From contig CM035362.1 in the NCBI GenBank assembly GCA_020137815.1, positions 1,550,001-1,614,000 of the forward strand: a stretch of DNA of 64,000 bases, written 5' to 3'. The notes under the pieces were generated by a model that worked only from the letters and a program-made list of their open reading frames with translations, was not told where the DNA came from and did no database searches. This DNA is from Hormiphora californensis. Its lineage: Eukaryota > Animalia > Ctenophora. Positions 1 through 33,454 of this stretch are shown here, piece after piece; position 1 is the stretch's first letter, and each line of letters opens with the position of its first letter. The position numbers and the translations under genes are program-made.

Positions 1-460
1 GATAAACTTTGAATTAGCCAAAAACGGTTGAGTGGTTTGGCGGTTAGAGCCATTTTAGTGAATCAACTTTTTTGGCAGCTCGCTGTGCACACCTGTAAAC
101 AACCAGATCGTAACGGCGCCCGTGACTCGTGAGTGCTGACAAAACGGTTTTTTAGAGTTGTGTGCCATTTTGTAGGTTCACTCTGTGACCAATCGTGGTG
201 TGCGTTTATTATCTGAGACCCCGGTGTCGGCTTGTTGTTTTAAGTTTTTAAGAGTAAAGTAGGGCTAGAGTTAGGGTTGGGGTTGGGGTTGACATTGCAT
301 TTCCTACCAGATAAACTTTGAATTAGCCAAAACGGTTGAGTGGTTTGGCGGTTAGGGCCATTTAGTGAATCAACTTTTTTGGAAGCACGTGCACCTGTAA
401 ACAGGCCACCAAACACCCAGATCGTAACAGTGCCCACCCAGCTCATAAACGGCGCCCGGA
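1..460. repeat. Imperfect direct duplication (~1-122 vs ~310-458), probably part of an interspersed element cut by the window edge
   Basis: gataaactttgaattagccaaaa...tttagtgaatcaacttttttgg...cacctgtaaac...ccagatcgtaac occurs twice. Confidence 0.6.
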
Positions 461-803
461 CATTGAGACATTTTGAAAAGGGCCGCCTTATCTCTGTAGC
501 GTATGAGATAAGCTATGGCAACTAGAAGTTGTTACTTCATCTCTTAGTAAAAGTAACATGCTCTCCCTGATACTATGTTATATATTGAAGGCTTTGTTGT
601 ATAGTGAAATGCTCGCACTGTGCCCTGAACGAACAAAACATTTTCTGTTCTGCACTTTTCAACATCCATTTGATTTGTAGGTTGTTGCTCTTTTAAAAGT
701 CTTAAAATACAACAGTTAACATTTGACAGCACACAACGCCCAATGTCCGTTTGAGAAAGGACTACTTCTCCATGCCCCGGATCAGACCGCAGCAGTTTCA
801 CCC

Positions 804-17837
<17,034 letters not shown>

Positions 17838-18550
17838 GTTGAATTCCCTGATAAATAAACTGTGTATTGTCTCTCAAATGTTGCCACGACGTGAAAATCA
17901 CAATGTGGATAATGCGGAAAATCAATTAGAGAAGAGGGGCTATATTTCATTTTTTTCAATGCGAAATTGTGAAACCCCTGTGAAACGAAGTTAGGCCACA
18001 AATTTCTAATCCACATTTCCCTAATCAGTGATCAAGAGAGGTGGTGTATGGATGGCAATTGAACACACACAAGGAATCAGATTTGAGTTTATTTTTATGA
18101 CACACACACACACACTGGGGAATATTCAAGAACTACCGTTTTGTATTGTGACAAGTGGGGATCATGCTACGAGTTCTGGAAGATGATCGTGAATAACTTT
18201 TAGTTTTCTTCTTGAGCTGGCTGTAAAATACTGTTCCTAGATTAATGTTGTGTGCAGTTTGCTGTTTTTGGCTTCATATTTGGACACTAATTTGGCTCCT
18301 TTTTTGGTTTATTATTTGGACATTTAGACAATCCAGGTGGCCACTCTATTTTTCTTACTTTTTCTTTGATTAGTTTATTTTCTGGTTAGTTTATTTTCTG
18401 TCTTCTGAGGAGAAATTAAACCCATTATTTTTAATAGCTCTGAGGGGTATTACCCACAAAATAGGGCCCTAAAAGGGTCACCTTTCCCATGTGAGGGACA
18501 GGGGCGCGCCCTGCCTGACTGAGACACATTTCCCAAAACAAACTCACTAC

Positions 18551-19230
18551 CTTGGTGACATTGACACCTAGTGCGTGCGAGATCGAGGTCGCGTGGCGAC
18601 CGAGATCGAGCTCGCACATAGGTGTCCGCTCCGCCCCCTAAAAAAGGGTCGTGTCTTTCAAGCCAAATTGCACGTGATCCACTGGACCGATTTGCATCCG
18701 GTTTGTCGCAAAAGACTACAAATTGATCCTAATATACTGGAAAATACCCGAGAAGTTTGTCTGTCAACAGGAAGTGGGTCAAAATTGACACTGAAGTCAA
18801 ATCTATAATCTGGCTTCCGAGCCTTTTTGCACCACTCCCAGACGGTTTAGAATGAATCTGAGGGTATCAGAAGATAGGTTGAACTCTTGTGAGTACTGGA
18901 AAATACCCGGCATTAATAGCTGATGCTAATTGCATCAACATATCTCCCAATATCTTCTAAATCGCATGGGCGTAGTGCAAAAAGGCTCGGAAGCCAGATT
19001 ATAGATTTGACTTCAGTGTCAATTTTGACCCACTTCCTGTTGACAGACAAACTTCTCGGGTATTTTCCAGTATATTAGGATCAATTTGTAGTCTTTTGCG
19101 ACAAACCGGATGCAAATCGGTCCAGTGGATCGCGTGCAACATCCCTTGAAAGAAACGACCCTTTTTGGGGCGGAGCAGACACCTGTGTGTGAGCTCAATC
19201 TTGGTCGCGCACGGTGTCTATGTCACCAAG
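18551..19230. mobile_element. Foldback-type non-autonomous DNA transposon with ~260-280 bp inverted arms
   Basis: Ends cttggtgaca / tgtcaccaag; long near-perfect inverted arms (e.g. gatccactggaccgatttgcatccggtttgtcgcaaaagactac and its reverse complement); tcactac duplicated on both flanks. Confidence 0.9.
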
Positions 19231-20293
19231 TCACTACCCACTTCATCACGCCACCGTTTTGATTGATTATCTATGCAGATTTAACATGCTTTATCTGTCT
19301 TTACATGAGCAGTTCTCTGTTCTATCTGGCGGCTCTGAATCCGTTTTGATTGATTCCTGTCTCAGAGACACCAGACAGTGTAGCTGAGCTGTCCTATCTG
19401 GCGCCGCAGACCCCATCAAATCGGTGCCTGGCGCCGCCAGACAGGAGCTGTCCAAGAAGCTGCAGATTTTCCCACTGACTAAATAATTATGGAACACACG
19501 TGCTGTTTATTATTTGTTGAGAGATCAATGTAAAACATACACCGACTTATGAACATGTGAAATTGTAAATTCTTTACACAATACACCCGGAATGTTGTCG
19601 TAGTTATTTTAAACAGTGCACTGATCAATTATATATGTTTGTTGATCCTGAAACTAGTCAGTGCCCTGTATGATTGTGTTTAAATGGTGGAATTGAAGGG
19701 CTGGAAGGCAATTCCTGGGCCCTTGTCAGCGCACGAATACAACACACGGTTTGAGTAGCCGCCGCGCGTCAAAATCTCTTCGCGCGGCCTTCAATTGACA
19801 GTTTAGAGTTCTCGCGCGTTCCAGACATGTGTGAAGATAATGAAGCGGTGAAAGATTGAATAAGATGGGGCAGAGATTTCATATTTTTTCAAGTTTGGGC
19901 GGCAAAATGATTATTGTCTGATCTCAGGTCGTAAGATGTAAAATGTAAAGGACACGGAAATATGGGCATATATCTGAAACATATCTCTAGCGTAAATGGC
20001 AAAAACTTGCTCCATTAATCTTTCACAATTCATTTTGAACATCCGATAAAAATATCATGTACATAATATACCCCTCTTCCAAGCAAACTTGTATTACTTT
20101 TTGGACCCGTAGAAGAAGAAATTATAAATTCAGTCTCTCTTTGATCATGCAATACATCTCTGTTATAGTATTTAAAATATAGATCTGCCAGTCTCTCTCT
20201 TATCACCCTGACCAACACAAGCAATCCTGGCATCTCGGCTCTGAATCCTGATCATTCGTGATCGTGTGATCTGCTATCTCCTTACTTTAGTCT

Positions 20294-20412
20294 CTATCCC
20301 ATTACAATATTTCGTGAGAGCTCTAGAAAGGGGAGAGAAGGTATGATTTTTGGATCTGTGGGTGTCTGTTTGTCTGTCTGTGTGTCTGTGTGTCTGTCTG
20401 TGTGTGTGTCTA

Positions 20413-20458
<46 letters not shown>

Positions 20459-21155
20459 CATCTCCCTATCTGTCTGTCTGTCTGTGTCACGTACCAGCCA
20501 GGAACAGGGAGATGAACATGGTGAGAGTTCCAGCAAACAGGAAGATGCAGCTAAACCCGATGTTCATTTTCACAAAGTTAGCACTCTTTAGAACTATTCC
20601 CATACCTTCCACATCCAAACCAAACTGGGAGGGGGAGTTGTTACTATGACGACACGAAAACAATAAACAAGCATTAAAATGTGTATATTGGGATCAGTCA
20701 TATTATATATAATGAATGATGCCATATTATATAATGCTCAGTAATATCAAATTCTGGTCTGTTTACTTCGTTTGTGTATTCTATTGGCGTCAAGACATGT
20801 GTAATCTTATCTCTTATCACATCTTGCCACCATCTTTAAAAAACGAACGATATATGTCAAAAGTTTGGGCATGTGATTTTAACACTGTGATCCACCGAGT
20901 TTTACTAAGTCATATGACCCTGAAATTTCATCTGAAATACCATTCTCCTGAAGAAACTCAACACATATTATGTGCTACCTAGGGTAGAGACTAGAGATTT
21001 AACCAGTCAACAGAGAAAATAGAAACACAATATATTTCCACTCACATCTTCCCTGAGAGAGATGGCGATAGTTCGACCCATCGCTTCGTTGAAATACCAT
21101 TCTGCATCATCCTTCATTGAGATAAGGAGACCAATGGAAATAGCAAGGGAGGCAA
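20294..21155 (-). CDS. Claudin-like gene 3' module 3: exons 21155-21046, 20624-20495, 20322-20294 (tail ELSRNIVMG*)
   Basis: VASLAISIGLLISMKDDAEWYFNEAMGRTIAISLRED|FGLDVEGMGIVLKSANFVKMNIGFSCIFLFAGTLTMFISLFLA|ELSRNIVMG*; homologous to modules 1 and 2, same phases. Confidence 0.8.
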
Positions 21156-21610
21156 CTGGGGGGAATACAGGGTGTTAATATTGTTAGTAAGTTATTAGTA
21201 AGAAATAATGGGGTTTGTCTAGATTCACGGCTCATATCGAAATATGTTTGTGAAATTAGGACAAAGACCTAGATAATACAAGTATAAAAAGTGTGGTTAA
21301 ATATGTTCGTAACGTTATATTTTTTTCGAGAAATGTTATAAAAACTTGATTCCAAAATTCCCAAACCACCCTCCCAAAAAATAACAATGAGTTTGATCTC
21401 ATTTTCTCGAGCTTTGAGTGCGAGATGACGTCATCAGCTGAATTATAGCTATGCAGAAATGTCATATTCTTTGAAATAATTATATAATCCAGTCAGAACT
21501 GGGTCCATAGTCAGAACTGCTGAAATGTCCAACAGGAGCTTCGAATTATAATATCTATGCTGGCATAATAGGTCTCCATGCAGGATAGTAAGATGAAGGT
21601 AGTAGCCCCT

Positions 21611-22209
21611 TCATTTGGGTACGGGAATCTTCCAATTGATATCTGAAACGGGAGAGATTGGTAGTTTAGCAGAGCATCTACTAGATAGATCGTATGTCAA
21701 GGATAAATGCCAAAATGACAAATATATAAGAAAAAGAATTGGAAGAAAGACTAAAAGGATAGGAGACTATGAGATGATGGTATATAATACAAATAACGTA
21801 CCAGTGAAAATGAAGCTCAGTAGAAGGAGTATACCGGCAGCAATTGTTAGGATGGAGGAGAATCCAGGAATAGTTTTAACCAGCCCCATAGCACTTAGAT
21901 CAATACCAAGTTGGTCTACATCCATACCCATCTGAGATGGGGAGGGGGGCTTGAGGAGGGGGAGACGGAGACTTGAGGAGGGGCACAGAAACTTGTTATA
22001 TAACCGTGGTGTTCCGTCATAGCGTCACAATGCGTCTTTGTAGCTCAACTGACACTAATTCTAATAACGCGAGAGTCTCCCCTGACTCCTCTTATAACTT
22101 ACATCAAGAAGGTAGTCAGCAACAACACCTCCCACCTCCTCGTTCAAATAGTCCTCGCTCTCCTGCCAGTTGGCCACACACAACCCAATGGCCGTGCTAA
22201 GGGCACCCA
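21611..22209 (-). CDS. Claudin-like gene 3' module 2: exons 22209-22103, 21931-21802, 21642-21611 (tail DINWKIPVPK*)
   Basis: VGALSTAIGLCVANWQESEDYLNEEVGGVVADYLLD|MGMDVDQLGIDLSAMGLVKTIPGFSSILTIAAGILLLLSFIFT|DINWKIPVPK*; homologous to module 1, same phases. Confidence 0.8.
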
Positions 22210-22247
22210 CTGTGAGGGTAGGAATATTAGAAACTTGTTGGATAGCA

Positions 22248-22315
22248 CTGTCTGGCGGCGCCAGACCCCGATCTGATTCTCAGTACGCTCAGATGGGGTC
22301 TGCGGCGCCAGACAG
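22248..22315. mobile_element. Small palindromic MITE-like family (related copies near 19395-19445, 46320-46375, 54385-54420)
   Basis: ctgtctggcggcgccagacccc...ggggtctgcggcgccagacag inverted ends; motif dispersed through the window. Confidence 0.65.
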
Positions 22316-22430
22316 GGTTAACACGAGAGGAAGATAGACTTGGGATTGTTTATCTTCCTGCAGTTGGCAGCTTGATCAATATATGCGAATATTCAGATCC
22401 CACTAATTGTAGTGAGATCTGTTGGATATA

Positions 22431-22482
22431 CAGGGTGTCCCGGAGTTAATTGAAGGATTGCAACAAACTCCCAGACACCCTG
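22431..22482. mobile_element. Mini Tc1/mariner-type MITE
   Basis: ta-cagggtgtc...gacaccctg-ta. Confidence 0.65.
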
Positions 22483-23393
22483 TATATATTTCAGCGAATG
22501 ACTTCAGTTGATTCAAGATATATAATGAGACACAATCAGAGTAATAAGACAGATTAATAAAGGTGAAAGACATTAGACAGTGCAGTAATTAATTGATTTT
22601 GTGCTTTGTGATTGGGCAGCAGATCACATTTAAACCGAAACCCACCAAATCTCCCTGATTGAGATTCCTACCACAAAGAAAATCAAACCGTTAATTGGTT
22701 CCCAGCAGTTAATTGGTTCCCAGCAGTTAATTAATCCGTTAATTGATTCCCAGCTCCAATCTTCATATTACCCCAAACCAGATTCCTAATTACTTTGGGT
22801 GTAATGTAAACACACATACATGCATTATACGAGATTATTCCATGCATGAAAAGACAGATAAATAAGATTAGAAAGTCGTATAAGACATTGTCATTAGGAC
22901 GGCCATCGTAAGAGAGTTAGAGCTGTGTTTACCTATCCACTTTGTGTTGTATTTTGTCGAACTGGAGCTGCTGTGTTATCGGTGATGTTAGATTAGGAAC
23001 AAATGTTGGAGGCCTTCTGGATCTGTCCTCGGTGTATATGTACAAGGATTTCACCCTTGTATTATATTTCGGTCGGTGTAATGGGTTACATGTTACATGT
23101 TACATGGTTTTTTGCATGGAAAACATGCGTTACAATATTTAATGCAGCTGTCACGTGTTTTTTAGCTGTTAAAATTGTTACAGCATACATAATACAATAA
23201 TATGTTAAACCTAAAACCCTCCCCCCGCCCATTTTATACCCCAATCAGCAAAGTTAGTTTAGCGAGTAAAGTTTTACAAAATGTGAGTTAAGTTTTTAGC
23301 GAACAATAAGTTTACAATATTATATGCGGTGTGATATGAACGAAACGTGGCAATCGGGGAAATGAGGTAATATTGTGTCAGTACGACATTAGC

Positions 23394-23495
23394 TGACACA
23401 GGGCTCTCACATCTCACAGAACTGGGGACACAGGGCTCTCACATCTCACAGAACTGGGGACACGGGGCTCTCACATCTCACAGTTTGGGACACAG
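23394..23495. repeat. ~32-bp tandem repeat x3
   Basis: gacacagggctctcacatctcacagaactggg repeated. Confidence 0.85.
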
Positions 23496-24229
23496 GCAGA
23501 CGGATCATCTGTGGAGCTGAATATAATTGATTCAGAAATTATATAATATATATAATGCTTGTCATATATCAGGATTACATTAGTATATTAAACCATTGTT
23601 ATCTCGTGTTCATGGTTTTAACTCTCTCACTTCACTATCAATATATTATAATGGATAACAGCTGATATCAGCGATCTGGTCTTCCCAGGGTTTGAGGATC
23701 TTTTATCAGCCCAGCTATCGATTGTAGACAAAAAAACATGGATATATAAATCTCGCACGGCGCCTTTTTTGACGGTTAAAACATTAGCAACCTAGAAAAA
23801 ACATAGACCCATTCGAAAATAATATTGATAATCATAATGTATATAAAACACCTTATATTGCTAACTTGTTTAAGTTGAAAATCAATATCAAAGTAAACTT
23901 GATCTGAAATTACTCTGTCAAAGCATTGGCCTGACAGTGTTTATTTCAGATAATAGTTCCCCTTGAACAGGAATTTTCATCCAGAAAACAGTAGCAGTAT
24001 CGTCAACAAACTATAACATAGCTTTCGAAACTGATCAATTAACTAAACAACTACTAATTAGTAGTTACTAATTGACCAATTAGAAAGCTACATCAGACCC
24101 AATTATAGAGTGTGTAATATAAATAGTCGGTTTAAAACACTTAGTATCAAACGGTAAAAATATATCACCCCAACCATGGCCGCTAGAAAATGTTGCCCGT
24201 AATAAAACACTGAATAACTATATCTGTTT

Positions 24230-24338
24230 CAGGAACCGACCGAAACAAGTAAACAGCCAATCAGAACTCGTTATTTAGGTCACGTGACTGGTTATCAGCC
24301 AATCAGGGACCAGTATTTCCTGATTCGGTCGGTTCCTG
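24230..24338. mobile_element. Short hAT-like MITE sharing its TIR with 49476-50820
   Basis: caggaaccgaccgaa ... ttcggtcggttcctg; no clear TSD. Confidence 0.75.
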
Positions 24339-24756
24339 CAGAAAACCCTGCCAAACTTATATTTTGTGTCTTGTTCATATTGTATTCCCTCCCAAAAACA
24401 ACAGCTAATCAACCCTGTGTATATTTGTGTCTGATTGTCAAATCGAGCATCATGATGACAATTTGTCCCATTAACTCCAGTATGTGCAAGATAACTTTGC
24501 GACTTATTGGGACTCACTGTAACATAATACATTTGTTTATGATGGTCACACTATTCTTTTAAAGTAAAAACTCTCTTTCTCTCCCTCTTAATCTATGTTG
24601 TAGTTATATTTCCCCATGCAGGATGGATGTGTGTGTCGGGTGTGAGACCAGCTCACGGGTTTCACGGAGAGAGAAAGCTCATATAATCCCATATATTTGG
24701 AAAGGTCCTTATATGGTCAGGTCCTTATATGGGTGTATAGGTTGTATCCTCGGTTC

Positions 24757-25458
24757 CTACATCTGTCGGTTTATCTCTGAAACATGAGAAGAGAAGGTGA
24801 TAATTAGTCTGCAAAACGAGCTTGTTTCAGAGCAAAATGAGCTCCTTGAGTAAGAGGTTTCCATACTGAACTCAGTCGAGTTGAATAACTGTGCGCTAAC
24901 AGTCCAAAGTTTTTGAACAAAACTACATGCAAGAGACCTGACCCTACATGCAGTCAACAACAAACAGAATTATCCAACTTGAATTGGCTCAGTTTGGTGT
25001 AAAACTAACCGGCAAGGCAGAGTGAGACGATAAGCATAACAGCTCCACCACCCAGTAAAACTCCACAGAATCCAGGAGCCATGGTAACCGGTCGCATTCC
25101 CTCTAGTTCAATACCCCAAGCAGAGAGATCTAGCCCCATATCTGTTATCAGGGTCTCCTCTACCTATAATGTGGATTGTTAGAATTGGCAAATACAATAA
25201 TTGTTGATTCCAGTCGGCAATCCAAGATGAAATGCGAAAAAGGAAATCAGTCTTTACTTGTATTCATTATAAAGTAGTGAGGGATCATAAAAGTCAATTC
25301 GTTTGGGGAAGAGGACACAAATCAATTCTACAAAGTCACGAAATGTTACCAATAAGAAATCAAGAACAATACCTTTCGTCCGATTGACTCATTGAAGTAT
25401 TCCTCTGCTTCATCTTGCATTGTCATGGCAACACCCAGTGCTCCGGCTAGTGATCCAA
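24757..25458 (-). CDS. Claudin-like gene 3' module 1: exons 25458-25373, 25163-25010, 24776-24757 (TM3 end, ECL2, TM4, tail EINRQM*)
   Basis: VGSLAGALGVAMTMQDEAEEYFNESIGRK|VEETLITDMGLDLSAWGIELEGMRPVTMAPGFCGVLLGGGAVMLIVSLCLA|EINRQM*; canonical splice sites, phases 1/0/1. Confidence 0.82.
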
Positions 25459-25943
25459 CTGGAGAGAGAGAGGAGAGAGGGAGATTGAGAGGGTTGAATC
25501 AGGTGTTAGTGGTTTGCAAACTCTGGGGTTTTGTCTTCGAAGTGTTTACAAACTGAGAATACAGCAATATTGTTATTGTTGGTTTCAATGTCTAATGAAA
25601 TCAAGAATAACAATTATTATGTTATTGATTAGTTCAGCTAATTTGAAGGTTAGCAAGGCTCATTTTTAGAATTCTACCAATGCAAGATTGGTAGAAATCT
25701 AAAAAAAGTCAGCCAGCACTGCAGTTCGTATTTCAGCCTGGCAAGACGCCAAGTTTTGTGATGTTTCATGCGACTAGTATTTAAAGTACCACAGCACATG
25801 CAAGGTGATTTTATGAAGGAGTAATATAACATTCAAAACAGCGTACTTTCGAGAATTCCTACAGCCAAGAACGGCAAAGAAAGGAGTAAGTTTCATGAAA
25901 AAGTAGTTACACAGCACTGTATATTTAATGTCTAAATATAATA

Positions 25944-26008
25944 CAGGGTGGGCCCACAAAAGTGTGACTCATGCAAAATAACATCACTTGCTAATGTGGG
26001 CCACCCTG
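25944..26008. mobile_element. Mini Tc1/mariner-type MITE
   Basis: ta-cagggtgggcccaca...tgtgggccaccctg-ta. Confidence 0.7.
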
Positions 26009-26903
26009 TAAGAGAAAGTTAAAGAATTTCATTCCACATCACGCAGCGCTTCACTTAAAGTATAACACATGCATTAAGAGATTGTTAAATATTAAAAGCA
26101 TATTAAATTAATTAAAGTCTTTAAAGGTACATTTGTTACAACATCATATCACGTGACACTGCACAGAGGCACTCACAGGTAGAGTTTCGTAGTGTTTGGC
26201 AGCTTGTGTGGCAGGGTAGGTTAGAAATCAATCAGTATAAAAGCGGTAGGGAAGAGCAGAAAAACGGAAACTCTAGTTTTTTTAGAAAATCATTTTCAAG
26301 AGTTTTCGTTTTGGGTTTCGTTTATATCGTTCTTTTATGTCCGTTTTGATTGGGGTAGAGCGGGCGAGCATGAATCAAGGTAAGCAGGCAGAGGAGGTTA
26401 AAGAACGATTAAAGAGTTTTTAGAAAATAGAGCAGGGGGAATAGAGCGGGACTTACCTTTTCGTACCAAGATTTAGAGGTCTTGAGAGGACTTCAATCGT
26501 AGGATACATGTCAGAATACAGTTTACAAAATATATCTTTCTACCCACTCTCTCTCTCTCTCTCATAAGAAAATAATACCTACTAAAATCCTACCATACAT
26601 ACAGCCCTATAAACTCCTAAACATAAAAAACAGCAAAATACTCAGCTTTATAAAACGACACGATAAATGTAAACTTAAGTTTTTTTAAATGAAAAACAAT
26701 TCATAAGCATGATAGCGGGTAAATGGATTCATATTTAAAAGGGGGCTTACGTTTTCTTTCAAGGATTCGCACACACGTTCACTCGGCAGCTTTTATACGC
26801 ACGCTTCACACAGACACGCGTGAGATTGTGAAAATGCGTGAGTGTGTATGACGCGTGACAACAGATATATCACGCGTTATATGAAGTGCGTGATATATTT
26901 TAC

Positions 26904-30055
<3,152 letters not shown>

Positions 30056-33000
30056 TATTATATCTGGAAGTAGGGTCTTCTCTCAAAACTTAGACCTCTC
30101 CAAAGCTGGTTTTAGACCAACTTAGTTCCTCTCTAGACTCTAAAGCCGGTTTTAGGTCGCGATCTCCAGTTTGTTTCCCAGCTTCAGATAGGGTTGGACA
30201 GATCTACCGCGAAGAAGCGGTCGATGACAGCTATTTCACTACTAAGACATGGAAAACAGGTTTGAATTATCATCTGGAGACTGCTATACTGATTGAAAAA
30301 TCCTAGCAAGCTATATACAAAACTGATGTGAGCAAGTAATTTACAAGTATATATCACACATAATCACACTAGGTATTGTGACGATACGATTGGATCATAA
30401 AATGTCCCTCTCTCTCTGCATACAATCCTTCAATAGATCACTGCACAAGCAGAGATTTACGTAGAAGACCTATTGTAACAAGCATATAATATCGTGATAC
30501 TGCTGCAGTGAGGCTGCAAAACAAGTAGTTGAGATAGAATATAGGGGGAGAATCACTTGCAAGATAAAGAATCTATACTATCGGTGCGTCAAGGTGAGAA
30601 AGAGGAGTAAGATCTTCTAGAAGAGATGTTACGGAAATTTGATGAAAAAAGTGTTCATCTTCATCCATCTTGTTCTATTGATCTATATAAAGAGGGTTCG
30701 AGCTCTACAGCTCACCCAATCACTGTAATGAATAACGTCCATCATCCAGGGGCCGGGGAGGAGATGTAATGAGGTCAAGTCATTAAGAAGATGGGCTTTA
30801 TAGATGACTGCAAGCGCAAGAACTGACGCCAAAACGCATCAAAAATCTAAAACTCGGATGAATGTACACGTGCGTTTTGTGTAGGTACAACAGTCAACAT
30901 ACAAGTATCTCACACTTGTAACAACTCCTGGAATTTCTCGGTATTTTAAACAACCTGGACTGTGCTAGCTTGAAGGTATCTTGGCCTTGCTTGTTTGGCC
31001 TCCAACAATCATCAACAAAATTATCACATCTAACACATACGACAAAGACCGACCGACCCATCCTTATTCTCTGACAAATATTATATACGGGAAAGAAAGT
31101 TGTTGCAGCAGCAGCAGCACTATTATTTTACTGCTACTCAACGACCGGATTATATGCGACGTGAGCGGAAGAGAGACTTGAACAACGTGCTCAGTTTTAT
31201 ACTGATGGCCAATGAAGAATTAGAATCAAGATTCAAGTAGCTAACGTCAGGCGATAATTCTCGGAATCGAGAATCACGGAGAGAAAGAGAGGAATGACTG
31301 TCGAGAGAAAAGGGGAGGAAGCCAATATAAGTGAACGGAGCGTATGGTCGTATAAAGCACCGTCAGATGGCCACATGGTTTAGAGAGAGACGTGTGTTGA
31401 CAGATACAAGATGTATTGAATGGAGAGTTGGCCTGATGTAGGCTGGCAACAACTCAATCAATGCTAATCTCTTCAGAATTTAGAAATGCTCATTTCCTGC
31501 CCCGTTTGCTATTCTAATTTTATTTGATCTTTCCGTGCTAAGTTTATGAAAGCCAGAAACAAAAATGTAGATCAATAATTCCAAACACATCAAATGTCAA
31601 ACATATTTTTGCAAGAAAAACAGCCAGAATCACACCCAAGGCATAATGGAAGCGTGAGAAAGATAGGAAAAAAAAGTAAACGGATTTAAACCTGTCATCA
31701 ACGTCATTTCCTTTGACAAGAATGAGAAGAATCACGCCATCCCTCACGTCAACCTATTTCACACCAAACTATACCACCTTCATCTCAGCTACACACAACT
31801 ACCGCATCCTCCATATTCTTAAATTAGCAGTGTTTATGCAGTGTTTATGCAGTGTTTACGTAGCGATTACTGAATACGGGTAGTACCCAAATTCACAAGC
31901 AGTTCTGTGTATTTGAAACTCTTACAAAACAGGAAAACTACTAAAGGCGTATTGTACATACTTTTCACCGACAAAGACACAAAAGAAGTTGAGTTCGGTA
32001 CATGCAAAGAAGATGCGAAATGAGGTGCGAAACATCTGGTACCCCTCTGGACAGGAAGGAATGAAAGCGATACGTGCATCTTTCAAGAACACTGAAGAAT
32101 AAACTCTTTTGACGATCGGAATATGAGTACTATATCAAAACAAAAGTGTAACAAGATCAGCATTATATTAGATGATACTAAGAAGACATACATGACACAC
32201 GTCACGTACTATTATACCACCCCCACAAAACTATGGTCTATATAGAGAGCTAGTGCATAAACCGCAGTGTGTTCCGTCTTCCGTGGTTGGTTGGTGATGC
32301 AACCGATTTGTAGTACATGACTAAGATAGAGAGAGGTATTGTTGTGACAGCTGAATTAAAGGAGACGTCGGTAGTAATTGTAGATTGGGAGATAATAAGT
32401 GACAGAAATACTAGATAGTTGAAAGACAGAGGGACAACAATAACAGCTGTAGAGGGACACACTAAAAGACAGAGGGACATGCACTAAAAGACAGAGGGAG
32501 ACAAGACAGAGGCCCACACTAAAAGACAGAGGGAAAAGCAAGTCAAAACGTAAACCAGGTGACAAAAAATCAGACAAGTGTAGGGATGTACACGACGGTA
32601 CCATGAAAACACCTCAACATAATGTGGACGTGACACTGCAAAAATAGCATATTTATCCGCTCTGTATAAGACCATGGAACTTAATAGCGGTACCAACTAA
32701 GAGAGATGCCAGCATTCTATGTAACATCTGATTAGGAGTCCAATTAAGTGACACTGAGAATTAGAGGTCTTCAAATTCGACATGAGCATGGCCATACCGG
32801 AAGAGTCTCAACTCTCACATGGCAAGAAAACAGTGTCTCAAATAGCCGGAGACACTGTCTCACATGGCGCAGAGACAAAATGATTGCAAACCTAACAAGA
32901 TCAGACTTCATCAACAAACAAGGTACAGCTGTGTCAGTGTACTGTGTACAAAGTGCATCCGTAATACATATCTAACTGCATACTCGACGTACGCTCTCTC

Positions 33001-33406
33001 TATCTCTGTCTCTCTCTCTATCTCTCTCTCTCTCTCTAGATGGCGTCATGTAAACAACCAGGGTGCAGTGTATTATAGCACAGATAGTATGTGGTTCGCG
33101 AGTTTGCCCTTAATGCGTACAAAAAAAGGTTGAGGAATCAAATCCAAGCTTTCGGCAAAATTTAACCCAATAAAATATCTAAACAGACTTTCTAACTATA
33201 TAATGCAAAGGGCCCAAACTTCAATTCAATACAAAAACGCTATACGAAAACGGGAGTAGGGAGGGAGGGAGTGGGATATATCTAGGAGAACAAGACAGCA
33301 AACTGAACAGCTGATATATCTGAGAAGACTATAGGACGTGTAGGAGTAGTGTTGAAAAGCCAGGATAATTGGGAACTTATTACGGAGATGGGAGCGTTAG
33401 CAAGCT

Positions 33407-33454
<48 letters not shown>

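Noticed and set aside
261-291. TTAGGG-like run as a telomeric remnant
   Set aside because: Only a few degenerate units, embedded in a duplicated interspersed repeat.
26457-26520. Short ATG-initiated minus-strand segment ending in a strong AG|gtaagt donor, as a private first exon for the claudin modules
   Set aside because: The donor is phase 2 whereas all module acceptors are phase 1; no support without transcripts.
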